NCBI GenBank assembly: GCA_965261395.1
Contig: OZ253462.1
Span: 4,288,001-4,352,000 of the forward strand
Reading direction: 5' to 3'
From: Candidatus Latescibacterota bacterium
GTDB taxonomy: Bacteria; Latescibacterota; UBA2968; UBA8231
DNA length: 64,000 nt
Below are positions 29,747-39,430 of this stretch, one piece after another. The position numbers and the translations under genes were made by a program. The stretch's first letter is position 1. Each line of letters begins with the position of its first letter. Below the pieces are notes generated by a model that saw only the letters and a program-made list of their open reading frames with translations, was not told the DNA's origin and ran no database searches.

Positions 29747-31159
29747 CTATTCGCCCGCACGCTTGCCAATCGCATCCGCTAGGTGATCCATCAAATCATC
29801 CAGTGCCTGCCGCGATGCGCGACCGCGAAACGCGTTGAGTGCCGGATCATCTGTCTCCACCATCCATTCCTCAAGCGCATTTCTCAGACCCTGAATTTCA
29901 TTGGCATAGCTGGGATCATCAATCAGGTTGTTCAGCGCATTGGGATCGTGCTCAAAGTCGTAAAATTCTTCCACTACGCGATACGTAAACAAATGATTGC
30001 GCGCCGCCAATGCTGGATCGTTGGCCGCTGCTGCTTCCATCGCCTGCCAGGACCGACCATGCTGGGACTCATTGCGAAACGCTCGCTCGCCATCGGACCA
30101 GGGGTTGAAAATGTAACCGAACCGCGCATTTTGCACGCACCGCATGGGGTAATTGCGCCGCGCCGAAGTCTGGTGAAATTGCGTGAACACTTGCTCGCAG
30201 CCAGCCAGCTCTGCACCCCGCAACACCGGCAAAAACGATTGGCCATTGACGCCGTCTGGAATATCCACGCCCATTGCATCCAGCACGGTAGGCAGGTAAT
30301 CGATCCCAGCAATAAAATGCTTGGCATCCACGCGTCCGGCCTGAATAACCGCTGGCCATCGCACTACCCAAGGCGTGCGCGTACTGTGCAAATAACAATT
30401 GGTCTTGGCAAATGGAAATGCCATGCCATTATCCGACAAAAACATCACCAAGGTATTCTCCGCCACGCCCACCGCATCCAACACGTCGAGCAATCGCCCC
30501 ACCGTATCATCACAGCGGCGCACCGAATTGTAATACTCGGCTATTTCCAGCCGCACATCCGGTATATCGGGCAAAAACCCGGGGACAATAACCTCTTCTG
30601 GAGCAAATGTGCGCGAGGGTGGCACGGCCGGCGGATCGAGTTCGCCATACCACTCGGACTTGTCATTGCCGTAAAACGGACGATGCGGATCGTGGGAATT
30701 TGCCATCAAAAAAAATGGCCGGTCGCCATCTATGGCATCCTGCACGAACTTTCTTGCATACTGATAATACACCTCGGGATTTCGTCCCTGCCCCAAATTG
30801 ATCTGCTCATGTGCCATATCCCATTGAAATGCTTGGTATGGCGTCGAATGTGTCACTTTGCCCAAAATGCCCACATCATACCCCGCAGCGCGCAAAATAG
30901 CGGGCAGAATGGGCACGCCTTTGCAGCGCAAACGATAAAAGCCCTCGCCCCCACTCAGATGCGGATAGCGCCCAGTCATCAACGCCGAGCGGCTCGGTTG
31001 GCACACCGCAATCGTCACATGACCGTGCTTAAATCGCAATCCCTCTGCGGCCAAGCGGTCGATATTCGGTGTTGTTCCCGCGGTCGGACACCCAAATGCC
31101 CCCACCGCATCCCAGTTCATGTCGTCTGCCGTAATTAGCATAAAGTTTGGTCTATTCAT
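29747..31159 (-). CDS. Formylglycine-dependent sulfatase (sulfamidase-like)
   Basis: RPNFMLITADD, CQPSRSALMTG, DPHRPF, SDNG. Confidence 0.95.
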   Translation of the reverse strand: MNRPNFMLITADDMNWDAVGAFGCPTAGTTPNIDRLAAEGLRFKHGHVTIAVCQPSRSALMTGRYPHLSGGEGFYRLRCKGVPILPAILRAAGYDVGILGKVTHSTPYQAFQWDMAHEQINLGQGRNPEVYYQYARKFVQDAIDGDRPFFLMANSHDPHRPFYGNDKSEWYGELDPPAVPPSRTFAPEEVIVPGFLPDIPDVRLEIAEYYNSVRRCDDTVGRLLDVLDAVGVAENTLVMFLSDNGMAFPFAKTNCYLHSTRTPWVVRWPAVIQAGRVDAKHFIAGIDYLPTVLDAMGVDIPDGVNGQSFLPVLRGAELAGCEQVFTQFHQTSARRNYPMRCVQNARFGYIFNPWSDGERAFRNESQHGRSWQAMEAAAANDPALAARNHLFTYRVVEEFYDFEHDPNALNNLIDDPSYANEIQGLRNALEEWMVETDDPALNAFRGRASRQALDDLMDHLADAIGKRAGE

Positions 31160-31204
31160 AAATTGGTTCGCCTCTCTAATCCATCCTAACCCATTGGAAA
31201 AACT

Positions 31205-32017
31205 ATGCGCCCACTTTACCTACTCTTGTCGCTGCTCGTCCCAGCCGCCCTTTGCGCGGCCTCTCCCTTTGATCACGGCCCCTTTGACCAAGTGCTGCAA
31301 GAATACGTGGATGACCAAGGTTTGGTCCGCTACGCCGCCCTAGCCGCAGACCGGGCCCAACTCGACGCCTATGTCGATAGCCTCGGCCACTCCAGCCCAG
31401 AAAGCCACCCCGACCGCTTCCCCACCCGCGAACACGAGCTGGCCTACTGGATCAATGCGTACAACGCCTTTACCCTGCGGGGCGTCATCGACGCCTATCC
31501 CATCGCCAGCGTCAAGGACGCCTTTGTGTTAAGCGGCTTTTTCAACCGCCAGACCTTTGTCGCTGGGGGGCGCGAGATGACGTTGGATCACATTGAAAAC
31601 CAAATCATCCGACCAACCTACCAAGAGCCGCGCATCCACTTCGCGGTCAACTGCGCGGCCCTCAGTTGCCCGCAACTGGACAACCGAGCCTTTACCGCCC
31701 CCGATCTCGACGACTGCTTGGAACGGGCGCTAACGCGCTTTGCCCAAGATCCCAACCACGTGCGCTTGCAAGGGAAGCAGCTCTACCTATCCAAACTTCT
31801 AGACTGGTACGGAGAGGATTTCACGGCTTGGTTCCCGCCCGACCGCCCCAATCCCGAGGCCATGCCCACCATCGTCAACTACCTGCGCCCGTATCTTCCC
31901 TCGGACCTATCCGCTGGGCTGACCGAGGATGTAGCCATCGAATACAACGACTACGACTGGGCGCTCAACGAGGACAAAGAAACGGGAAGCCCCCGCCCAG
32001 CGGCAGACTCCCCGTAA
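31205..32017 (+). CDS. DUF547-domain exported protein
   Basis: Signal peptide; [32 protein letters not shown]. Confidence 0.9.
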   Translation: MRPLYLLLSLLVPAALCAASPFDHGPFDQVLQEYVDDQGLVRYAALAADRAQLDAYVDSLGHSSPESHPDRFPTREHELAYWINAYNAFTLRGVIDAYPIASVKDAFVLSGFFNRQTFVAGGREMTLDHIENQIIRPTYQEPRIHFAVNCAALSCPQLDNRAFTAPDLDDCLERALTRFAQDPNHVRLQGKQLYLSKLLDWYGEDFTAWFPPDRPNPEAMPTIVNYLRPYLPSDLSAGLTEDVAIEYNDYDWALNEDKETGSPRPAADSP

Positions 32018-32039
32018 TCGACCCAACGCCGTTTTGGCC

Positions 32040-32882
32040 TTATAAGAAAAACGGATTGTGCTCCCGTTCTTCGCCGACGGTGGTAGCTGGCCCATGACCG
32101 GGAAAGAGCGCGACGTTTGCGTCTAGCGCGAGTAGCTTCTCGGCCACTGCTTGGCGCTGCATCCGGTAGCTGACCACGCTGCGAGTGCCTCCGAGTGAAC
32201 CCGCGAAAAGCGCGTCCCCGACAAAGGCCATTTCCTCGTGGACCAAGCTAATACCGCCCGCAGTATGCCCGGGCGTGGAGCGAACCTCAAAGCGCAATTT
32301 GCCGATGTGTACTACTTCGCCTTCTTCTAATTCGCCCGCGATTTGGTCGGCCAAGCTGCCCGTTAGGGCCAAGTCACCGCGGTGAATCCGCGCTGGTGCG
32401 GCCGTGACGCGACCAATCTCGGCGAGAGCGCCGATGTGGTCTTGGTGGCCGTGCGTCAGCAAGATCTGTTCGACCTTTAGCCCAGAGGCGGCCAAGCGCT
32501 GGAGGATTTTATCCGCGTCGAACCCTGGGTCGATGACCGCAGCTTGGCCCGTTGCCGCACAGCCGACGATGTAGCCGTTCATCAGAAAGCCGCTGCCGAG
32601 CACCATCATCTCCACCTGCGCCCCGGCAAGCGGGTGGCCCGCTGGATGGCGCGGGAAAAACGCCTGCGCCGCGCTCGCCTGCAATTTGCCCGGGTGCAAC
32701 CCGAGAGCTTCGGCCAGCCGCTCGATGGTGTCTGCGGCCGGGATCAGCTCGTAGTCTTCGACCCTGGCGATATCCCCGGCAGTCAATCCCACCCGGTCGA
32801 CTAGGGCTGCGGTCGCAATCTCCTGCCCGCGCCGGGCCTTGGCGACGATGTCGCCGAACTCGTCTTCTAATTGTGTGTACAT
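32040..32882 (-). CDS. MBL-fold metallohydrolase with N-terminal HTH-like domain
   Basis: THGHQDH, TPGHT, GDALF, PGHG; N-terminal XRE-like helix pattern. Confidence 0.9.
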   Translation of the reverse strand: MYTQLEDEFGDIVAKARRGQEIATAALVDRVGLTAGDIARVEDYELIPAADTIERLAEALGLHPGKLQASAAQAFFPRHPAGHPLAGAQVEMMVLGSGFLMNGYIVGCAATGQAAVIDPGFDADKILQRLAASGLKVEQILLTHGHQDHIGALAEIGRVTAAPARIHRGDLALTGSLADQIAGELEEGEVVHIGKLRFEVRSTPGHTAGGISLVHEEMAFVGDALFAGSLGGTRSVVSYRMQRQAVAEKLLALDANVALFPGHGPATTVGEEREHNPFFL

Positions 32883-32888
32883 GTTTCC

Positions 32889-33557
32889 TCAGTATTCAAG
32901 GTTCGACTGAGCGGCTTGCAAGCTACCCAAGAACTCGTCAAAACTGGCGGTCCACTGCTCGACGGTCTGGGCCGGTCCAGTCATCTTGCAAAACACCGTG
33001 CCCGAGCGATGGATAGCTATAGCCCCGAGCATCCGGTAGCCCGTTTGGGGCTCCGCGTTCCCCATCCCCATTCCCCCGGAGAAGGTGCCGCTGACATCAA
33101 CTCCGGTTATCTCGATGTCCCCCACCTGCCGCGTCCAACGCCGCCCTTGAGCCGGCTGGCCGTCCTCCTGTTTGAACTGACCGAACCAACGCTCGATATT
33201 GGCCTCTACGCTTCCGCCTTGCCCCGGGCCAAAGAAAAAGATACCCAGCGTCGCTTCCCCGGCTGGTCCGGGGAGGCCATATTGGGCCACTCGCATGGAA
33301 CTGGACGGCTGCTGCACCACCCAACCCTTGGGGGCCACCGCGCTGAGTGGCCCCAGTGCCTGCCGCCCGCCCGCCTGACCCAAAGCGGGCGCTGGCGTCG
33401 CAGTGGTTGGCGTTGGGGAACGGGCGGTGAGTCCCCGCTCGGCCATGGCCGCCGCCGGCTCTTGATCGCTGAAATTTTGGCTGCACCCGATAGCCCCAAA
33501 GACCCAAGCGCATATCCATATAGATTGGCCCCAAGATCGAAGATTGTCCTTTATCAT
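32889..33557 (-). CDS. Putative lipoprotein
   Basis: ATG at 33557 overlaps the upstream TGA; lipobox GAIGC; SSMRVAQY, GGSVEANIERWFGQF, KMTGP. Confidence 0.75.
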   Translation of the reverse strand: MIKDNLRSWGQSIWICAWVFGAIGCSQNFSDQEPAAAMAERGLTARSPTPTTATPAPALGQAGGRQALGPLSAVAPKGWVVQQPSSSMRVAQYGLPGPAGEATLGIFFFGPGQGGSVEANIERWFGQFKQEDGQPAQGRRWTRQVGDIEITGVDVSGTFSGGMGMGNAEPQTGYRMLGAIAIHRSGTVFCKMTGPAQTVEQWTASFDEFLGSLQAAQSNLEY

Positions 33558-34069
33558 CACAGGCCTCCCCAAGCGATGAGGCTGGCAAGGGCCGCTAATG
33601 CGACCAAGCCCCCTGTGTAAAACCAAACCCTGCTTCGCGCGCGCTGTCGCTGTCTTTTAGGCGGTTGCTGTCTGGGCCGGTTGAGACCCAGCGTCCCTAC
33701 TTGCAGGGTCGGCGATTTATGTTGGATATAGTGGGCCATTCCCTCGTATATGCGGCGGATACTATGGGCATTCTCGGCCTCCGCGTAATCGGCCAGATGC
33801 GATAGCGGCAACCACTGCACCGGGGCGATGTCTTGGGAAATGGGAAATTCGATCTGCGCTTTGACCCGCGCCTGTTCGTAGCCCAAGAGGCGGACGTAAT
33901 AGCGCAGCCGACAGCTATCGAAATCGACCAGACAACAGCGGTAGCCGGTCTCACATAGCTGGCGCAATCCCTCCTCTACATCGCGCAACAAGCCCATGTC
34001 GCGTTCTTGGCGCGCGTTCACTAGCTGCTCGCGCAGCACTTTGACGGTTGTTGGGGTATCTTTGTTCAT
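33557..34069 (-). CDS. Hypothetical protein with C-terminal TM anchor
   Basis: Basic stretch followed by VWFYTGGLVALAALASLIAWGGL; translationally coupled to the next gene. Confidence 0.7.
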   Translation of the reverse strand: MNKDTPTTVKVLREQLVNARQERDMGLLRDVEEGLRQLCETGYRCCLVDFDSCRLRYYVRLLGYEQARVKAQIEFPISQDIAPVQWLPLSHLADYAEAENAHSIRRIYEGMAHYIQHKSPTLQVGTLGLNRPRQQPPKRQRQRARSRVWFYTGGLVALAALASLIAWGGL

Positions 34070-34160
34070 GGATCTATGGCGAAATTAGAGCACAGAAATA
34101 AGGCCGTTCTCGTGCAGGCTGTCAACTTTCTTCCGGCGCGCTTTTTGTGCAGACTGTGGT

Positions 34161-34190
34161 TTGACAAATTAGCTGTGCATCGGTTAAGAT
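34161..34190 (+). promoter_or_regulatory. Possible sigma70 promoter
   Basis: TTGACA-18 nt-TAAGAT about 325 nt upstream of msrAB. Confidence 0.4.
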
Positions 34191-34513
34191 AGCCCCAACT
34201 TGTATCCGCCTCGTTTCCCTCGCCAGCCCATGTCGTGCGACAGTCGCCCATACTTCCCGTTGGGTTGGATCTTCCTGCTTGCGCGGCTATGCCCCACGGC
34301 GCTACGACGGCACTAGACGCGTACTGTTCAACTTGGAAGCGCGCCCCACTTGGGTTCGTCGGCCTTGGTATACTCTCGCCAGTGCCGCCTTTGTGGATTG
34401 TAGATGAGGGTGCTTATGTGTTGTCCGTGGGATTAGGGCAGTACTTTTAGATAGTGTGAACCTTTTAGCATACTTGGAGCGTTTATAAAAGAACCCAACC
34501 AAAAGGAGGATCT

Positions 34514-35569
34514 ATGAACGCCAAACTACTCATTCTGACCGGCGTGGCCCTGTGTGCTCTTAGTGCCCAAGCCAGCCGTGCCCAAGACTATGCTCAAGCG
34601 ACGTTTGCCGGGGGATGTTTCTGGTGCATCGAAGCGCCCTTTGACAAGGTCGAGGGGGTCGTCTCAGCCGTTTCCGGCTACACCGGCGGCGAGCGCGAAA
34701 ACCCAACCTATAAACAAGTCAGCTCTGGTAGGACCAAGCACATAGAGTCCGTCCTGGGCACCTTTGATCCCGAGGTTATCTCCTATGGTCAACTCCTCGA
34801 CATCTACTGGCGTCAATTCGACCCCACCGATCCCGGGGGATCCTTTTACGATCGCGGCCATCAATATACCTCGGCCATATTTTACCACGACGAAGAGCAA
34901 CTCACCTTAGCCGAAGCCAGCAAACAGGCCCTCGACGCCTCGGGCCGCTTTGACAAACCCATCGTCACACCCATCCGTTCAGCCACCACCTTTTACCAGG
35001 CCGAGGAGTACCACCAAGATTACTACCTGAAGAACCCCCAGCACTATAAGCGCTATCGCCGGGGATCGGGCCGCGACCGCTTTATCGAAGAGACGTGGAG
35101 CAAAGACCTCCCGGCACCAACGGCCAGCGTCCAATACGCCAAGCCTCCCATCGACACCTTGCGCGCCCAACTCACGAACTTGCAATTTCAGGTCACGCAG
35201 GAAGACGCCACCGAGCGACCCTTCAGCAACCTGTACTGGGACAACAAGGCAGTGGGCATCTACGTCGATATCGTTTCCGGCGAACCCCTCTTTAGCTCGC
35301 AGCACAAGTTCAAATCCGGCACTGGCTGGCCCAGCTTTACTCAACCCTTAGAGCCGGATCACATCGTCGAGCACACCGACAATTCACTGTTTATGACCCG
35401 TGCCGAGATCCGCAGCAAATACGCCGACTCGCATCTCGGACATGTCTTTGCGGACGGCCCGGCCCCCACTGGGCTGCGCTACTGCATCAACTCGGCTTCC
35501 CTGCGCTTTATTCCCATTGAGAATTTGGCCAAGGAAGGCTATGGTGAGTACGCGGCCCTGTTTGAGTAA
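34514..35569 (+). CDS. msrAB: Exported bifunctional methionine sulfoxide reductase MsrA/MsrB
   Basis: AGGAGG RBS, signal peptide, [33 protein letters not shown]. Confidence 0.97.
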   Translation: MNAKLLILTGVALCALSAQASRAQDYAQATFAGGCFWCIEAPFDKVEGVVSAVSGYTGGERENPTYKQVSSGRTKHIESVLGTFDPEVISYGQLLDIYWRQFDPTDPGGSFYDRGHQYTSAIFYHDEEQLTLAEASKQALDASGRFDKPIVTPIRSATTFYQAEEYHQDYYLKNPQHYKRYRRGSGRDRFIEETWSKDLPAPTASVQYAKPPIDTLRAQLTNLQFQVTQEDATERPFSNLYWDNKAVGIYVDIVSGEPLFSSQHKFKSGTGWPSFTQPLEPDHIVEHTDNSLFMTRAEIRSKYADSHLGHVFADGPAPTGLRYCINSASLRFIPIENLAKEGYGEYAALFE

Positions 35570-35633
35570 GCGCAGGGCTTTTGCTGCATTGCAGAAATGA
35601 CAACGGCCGGACAACCTCACCCAGAATTGGGAT
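35516..35633 (+). repeat. Direct repeat copy 1: last 17 codons of msrAB plus ~65 nt downstream
   Basis: attgagaatttggccaaggaaggctatggtgagtacgcggccctgtttgagtaagcgc...aacggccggacaacctcacccagaattggga; aligns with 39431-39548. Confidence 0.9.
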
Positions 35634-35667
35634 CGGTTGGTCCGGCCGTTTACTAAGGCCGACCTCC

Positions 35668-37971
35668 CTAGTAAACCACCGACACCCCCCACCGCACCTT
35701 CTCCACTCGGGTATCTCCCTCCACGTGCAGTTCCAGCAAATACAGCCCCGGCACCACCAGCCTGCCGCTGCTGTCCCGCCCATCCCAGCTCAGTTCCCGG
35801 TGACCAGCCAGCCCTTTCCCTTCGACCTCCCCGAGTAAACGCCCGGAGAGATCGAGCACGCGCATCCACAGCGGCCGCTGCTCCAGCACATTGACCAGAT
35901 CGACCGAGACCACCAGTACATCGTTGCGCTCATCGCCGTTGGGCGTGAGCACCCTGGTATCGAGCACCGCATTGGCGAACAGGCGGTCAGAAACCGGCAG
36001 ACTCACCACGTTGGTGCTGCTCTCCACCTCCGGAGCCGCGTCTCCGGGCTCCACCGCCTGGCGGCCCAATGCCTCCTGCCCGCTGTCCACCAGAAAGACA
36101 TCGAAGCGCGTCGACTGCAGAAAGACCGAAGACGTGAAGCGCAGCTCCACCAGCTCCTGCTGCCGGATCGAGCGCGAAAACGTGACCTGAAATCCCTCCT
36201 CGGTTTCCTCTACCTCCGCTTCCGTCGGCTTCTCACCGACCATCACCTCTCTGAACTGCATCGATGCCGAGGCCGCCACCATCAGCCGGTCGAATCCCGG
36301 CGTCCGCCCGGGCCGCAGGAAGTACGAAAACTCCGTCGCCTCTCCCGGCAGCACCGCAGTCGGGAAGATCTCTCCCACCACCTCGTCGGCCAGCGGCTCG
36401 TGGAACTCCACCTCAAGATAGTCCAGAGACGCCGCCCGGTCTGGATTTTCGGATACCAGACTTACCTCCAGCTCCATATAGCGACGGGGGGAAGGGGACT
36501 GGAATCTCTGATCTGGTGCCAGATAGACATTGCTCCAGGGGCTCTGGTCGTCTCCCGGCACCGAAGTAGTATCCACGGATCCTCGGAAGCTGGGGATCAG
36601 TTTGTCCCACTTCCTTTTGGTCACTTGCTTGCCGTTCTTGTCGTAGTAGGTGATGTCGTACCGCACCTCGTTGCTCGTGCGGCTGCGCACCTCGATCCGG
36701 GCGTCCGGTGAAGTATCTGCCCGCCAGCGGATGGCGCTCACCTGCTTGTTCCCTTTCAGGTCGATCAGCGGGGAGCGGAAGGTCACCCTGGCTGGATGTC
36801 CCTCGCCGAAGACCTGCAGCTCGCGTGTACTGCCATAGAAATTGCAGGGATTTGCTGTACTGCTGGCCCAGAGCGCCGCGCAGGCAGCGTCGAAATACAC
36901 CCAGGCGATGCGCACGTACCGGGTCTGAATGAGTTCGAAGTGGTGCTCGGCGAAAGGCCAAAGTTGGTTCTGGGCGGTACTCTTGCCGACGAAGTGCCGG
37001 TGCCAAATGCGGGTCCCATCCGGCGCCAGGGAGCCGTCCGAACTCAGCACCTCGTAGGTGTCGAAGTCGAAATAGCTTTTCGATCTGGGACCCAACAGAA
37101 AATGGCCCACGATGCGCACCAAATCCACCCAGTACACGGCGCCTAGATCCAGCGTCATGTGCGAGATGACGTTGACCTGGCTGTTGATTCGGCGGGGCTG
37201 GAGCCATGCGGAGAAGTTCCCGTCCGCGATGGACATGGCATTGCCCAAGGTAGCGGCGTCACCGGCACCTTCCACGTCCAAGATGATCTCTAGTCCCCCC
37301 CCTCTTTCCAGCAGACCCAGCGTAATATTGTCGCCGATGGCCTCCACTTCCACTTCCACCAAGCGCGCTCCGGGAACGTGGAGCAATGACTCCACCCTCA
37401 GGAACTGGACTGGCGGTTGTTTGGCCAGGTCCAGGTCCAGGGGCACTCGGTGTCTTTTGTTCTCCTTGAACCGTTCCCGGAAGCGGTAGATCAGGCTGCT
37501 TTCGACGGTATTGCCGACCGCGTCGATAGCCAGTTCGCCCGTCGACAGGAAGAGTGTGAAAAGTTCAAAAGGCGGGGCTTCTTCGTCGAAAACCAGGGTC
37601 ACTCCCCTGGCCGCAACAGCTCTGCCCAGATCAATCTCGATGAACCAATCCTCGGGGGAATCATTCGGGTCCAGGCTCCAGCCGGTGGCCGGATCGCCGT
37701 CCATGACGAACGCGGCCTGTCGCGAATTCGAGCCGACGCTGCGGATGCCGCCGCCGAAATCCGCGGCGTTGAGCACGGCGTTGATCTCCTTGCGGATGCG
37801 GACCGGAAGGATCGTGCCGTCCTGTGTGAGTTCAACCGCACCGAGCGGGAGTTCCCATCGACTCCATTCCGCCGCCGTGTCAAAGCGCATCTGCTCTCCG
37901 TATGCCCCCAACGCCGCGCATCCGCACAGTGCCAGAGAGCGAAGAACCTGGAAACGGATTCGATTGTCCAT
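35668..37971 (-). CDS. Large exported protein with discoidin-like modules and C-terminal FlgD-Ig/CTD-like domain
   Basis: AGGAGG RBS, signal peptide, MDGDPATGW...IDLG, IADGN...LDLG, LTPNGDERND...DLSGR...WDGRD...PGLY. Confidence 0.8.
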   Translation of the reverse strand: MDNRIRFQVLRSLALCGCAALGAYGEQMRFDTAAEWSRWELPLGAVELTQDGTILPVRIRKEINAVLNAADFGGGIRSVGSNSRQAAFVMDGDPATGWSLDPNDSPEDWFIEIDLGRAVAARGVTLVFDEEAPPFELFTLFLSTGELAIDAVGNTVESSLIYRFRERFKENKRHRVPLDLDLAKQPPVQFLRVESLLHVPGARLVEVEVEAIGDNITLGLLERGGGLEIILDVEGAGDAATLGNAMSIADGNFSAWLQPRRINSQVNVISHMTLDLGAVYWVDLVRIVGHFLLGPRSKSYFDFDTYEVLSSDGSLAPDGTRIWHRHFVGKSTAQNQLWPFAEHHFELIQTRYVRIAWVYFDAACAALWASSTANPCNFYGSTRELQVFGEGHPARVTFRSPLIDLKGNKQVSAIRWRADTSPDARIEVRSRTSNEVRYDITYYDKNGKQVTKRKWDKLIPSFRGSVDTTSVPGDDQSPWSNVYLAPDQRFQSPSPRRYMELEVSLVSENPDRAASLDYLEVEFHEPLADEVVGEIFPTAVLPGEATEFSYFLRPGRTPGFDRLMVAASASMQFREVMVGEKPTEAEVEETEEGFQVTFSRSIRQQELVELRFTSSVFLQSTRFDVFLVDSGQEALGRQAVEPGDAAPEVESSTNVVSLPVSDRLFANAVLDTRVLTPNGDERNDVLVVSVDLVNVLEQRPLWMRVLDLSGRLLGEVEGKGLAGHRELSWDGRDSSGRLVVPGLYLLELHVEGDTRVEKVRWGVSVVY

Positions 37972-38034
37972 AGCGAACCTCCTGCGCTGGAACGGCTGGT
38001 GGGTTCTATGTTTACTATGTTAGGCGGGACAATA

Positions 38035-39263
38035 TTGACTACTCCCAATCCTAAAGGAGTTGGGATTCTTGGCAGCGTTAAGCCGCCGCAGACTGTAGCC
38101 CCAGTCTGCAAATGTTACGCGCCGCGTTTGCGTCTCGGTCGCAGTCCAGACCGCAAAAGGGGCACACATGCCGGCGCACCGAAAGCGCCTTTTGCAAGCG
38201 ATGCCCGCAGGCCGAACAATCCTGCGACGTATAGGCCGGGTTCACGGCGACCAAGTGCCTACCAGCTTCTTCCGCTTTGTAGGACAGGATTTGCCGGAAC
38301 TGCGACCAAGCGGCGTCAGAAATACTTTTGGCAAGGCAGCGGTTGCGAACCATGGCCTTGACATGCAACGCTTCTACGGCGATCAGGCCATAGCGGTTGA
38401 CGATGCGCCGTGCGTGCTGATGCACAAAGTCATGCCGCCGACAGCGGATGCGCTCGTGGACACGGGCAACCACCTTGCGGGCTTTCTGGCGCTCAGGGGT
38501 TCCCTTGGCGGCCTTGGCCAGTTTGCGTTGTGCCTTCGCCAGCGCCTTTTCGTCTTGGCGGAAGAAGCGGGGGTTGTTGACCGTCTCGCCATTCGACAAC
38601 GTGGCGAACTGCTCCAGCCCGACGTCGATACCTACCGCTTCGTCGCTTTTGGGCAACGGTTGGTTTGCCACCTCGCAGACGATGGTGGCAAACCACTTGC
38701 CCGTCGCACGGCGGCGGATCGTGCAGGTCTTCGGCTTGCCTTCCAAGGGCCGAGACCACGCACCGCGCAAGCACCCGATCTTAGCAAGCCGCAAGCCCTT
38801 GTCGTCGAGGCGAAAAGCGGTCTCTTGCGGATAGGTCAGGCTATCGTAGCGGCCAGCGCCTTTGAAGCGGGGAAATCCGGGTTTCTCACCCCCGTCCTTG
38901 CAGCGGCGATAGAAGGCCTGAAAGGCCAAGTCAACGCGCACGGCCACGTTTTGCAAGACTTGGGAATAGACCTGTGCTAGGGTGGAACGATCCGTCTTGA
39001 GAAAGGGCAACTGGTTGATCTGCTCGTAGCGGCCAAAGGATACCCCTCGGTCCTTATAGGCTTGGATGCGATCCACGACGAAGTGGTTGTAGAGCATTCG
39101 GCATTCTTCGAGGTGAGCCGCCAGGGTCGTAGCCTGTTTTGCCGTTGGTCTCAGCCGATATTGGAACGCTTTATGCATACCAGAAGACATAGCGCAAAGA
39201 GAGCACCGACACAAGGGGATGATGCTAAAGCCGCTCTTATATCCAAAGCCTAAAGGCAGTTTG
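38035..39263 (-). mobile_element. IS200/IS605-family (IS1341-type, tnpB-only) element
   Basis: Minus strand: TTTAT followed by left-end hairpin caaactgcctttaggctttggatataag; tnpB; right-end hairpin tcccaactcctttaggattggga followed by gtagTCAA. No tnpA. Confidence 0.8.
38078..39178 (-). CDS. tnpB: RNA-guided endonuclease TnpB
   Basis: AFQYRLRPT HTH, GFPRFK, RuvC-I GIDVG, RuvC-II AVEAL, Zn finger CSAC/CPFC, RuvC-III DRDANAARNI. Confidence 0.96.
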   Translation of the reverse strand: MHKAFQYRLRPTAKQATTLAAHLEECRMLYNHFVVDRIQAYKDRGVSFGRYEQINQLPFLKTDRSTLAQVYSQVLQNVAVRVDLAFQAFYRRCKDGGEKPGFPRFKGAGRYDSLTYPQETAFRLDDKGLRLAKIGCLRGAWSRPLEGKPKTCTIRRRATGKWFATIVCEVANQPLPKSDEAVGIDVGLEQFATLSNGETVNNPRFFRQDEKALAKAQRKLAKAAKGTPERQKARKVVARVHERIRCRRHDFVHQHARRIVNRYGLIAVEALHVKAMVRNRCLAKSISDAAWSQFRQILSYKAEEAGRHLVAVNPAYTSQDCSACGHRLQKALSVRRHVCPFCGLDCDRDANAARNICRLGLQSAAA

Positions 39264-39430
39264 ATAAAACTGGACAGTTCTATTGCCAACAATGAAGTTG
39301 GCCTAAAAACTATTTGTCAACGGATTATTGCGTTGTAAGAGCAGAAAGAAAGTTTGGACGCAGAGATCGTAGAGCTTGATATGCAGATTGTCGAACTCAA
39401 ACAACAAATCGCCGACGCTCCTGAATTCTC

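Noticed and set aside
29783-31138. 451-aa plus-strand ORF, and other long antisense ORFs such as 5467-6321, 56619-57713 and 17829-18701
   Set aside because: Antisense shadows of well-supported genes, with no motifs; expected in GC-rich DNA.
34235-34450. 71-aa ORF upstream of msrAB
   Set aside because: GTG start without an RBS and no protein-like features; the region is better explained as non-coding.
38078-39178. Nuclease-dead TnpB (TldR) or Cas12f
   Set aside because: All RuvC D-E-D residues are present, IS ends are visible, there is no CRISPR array, and I saw no second match to the guide in the window.
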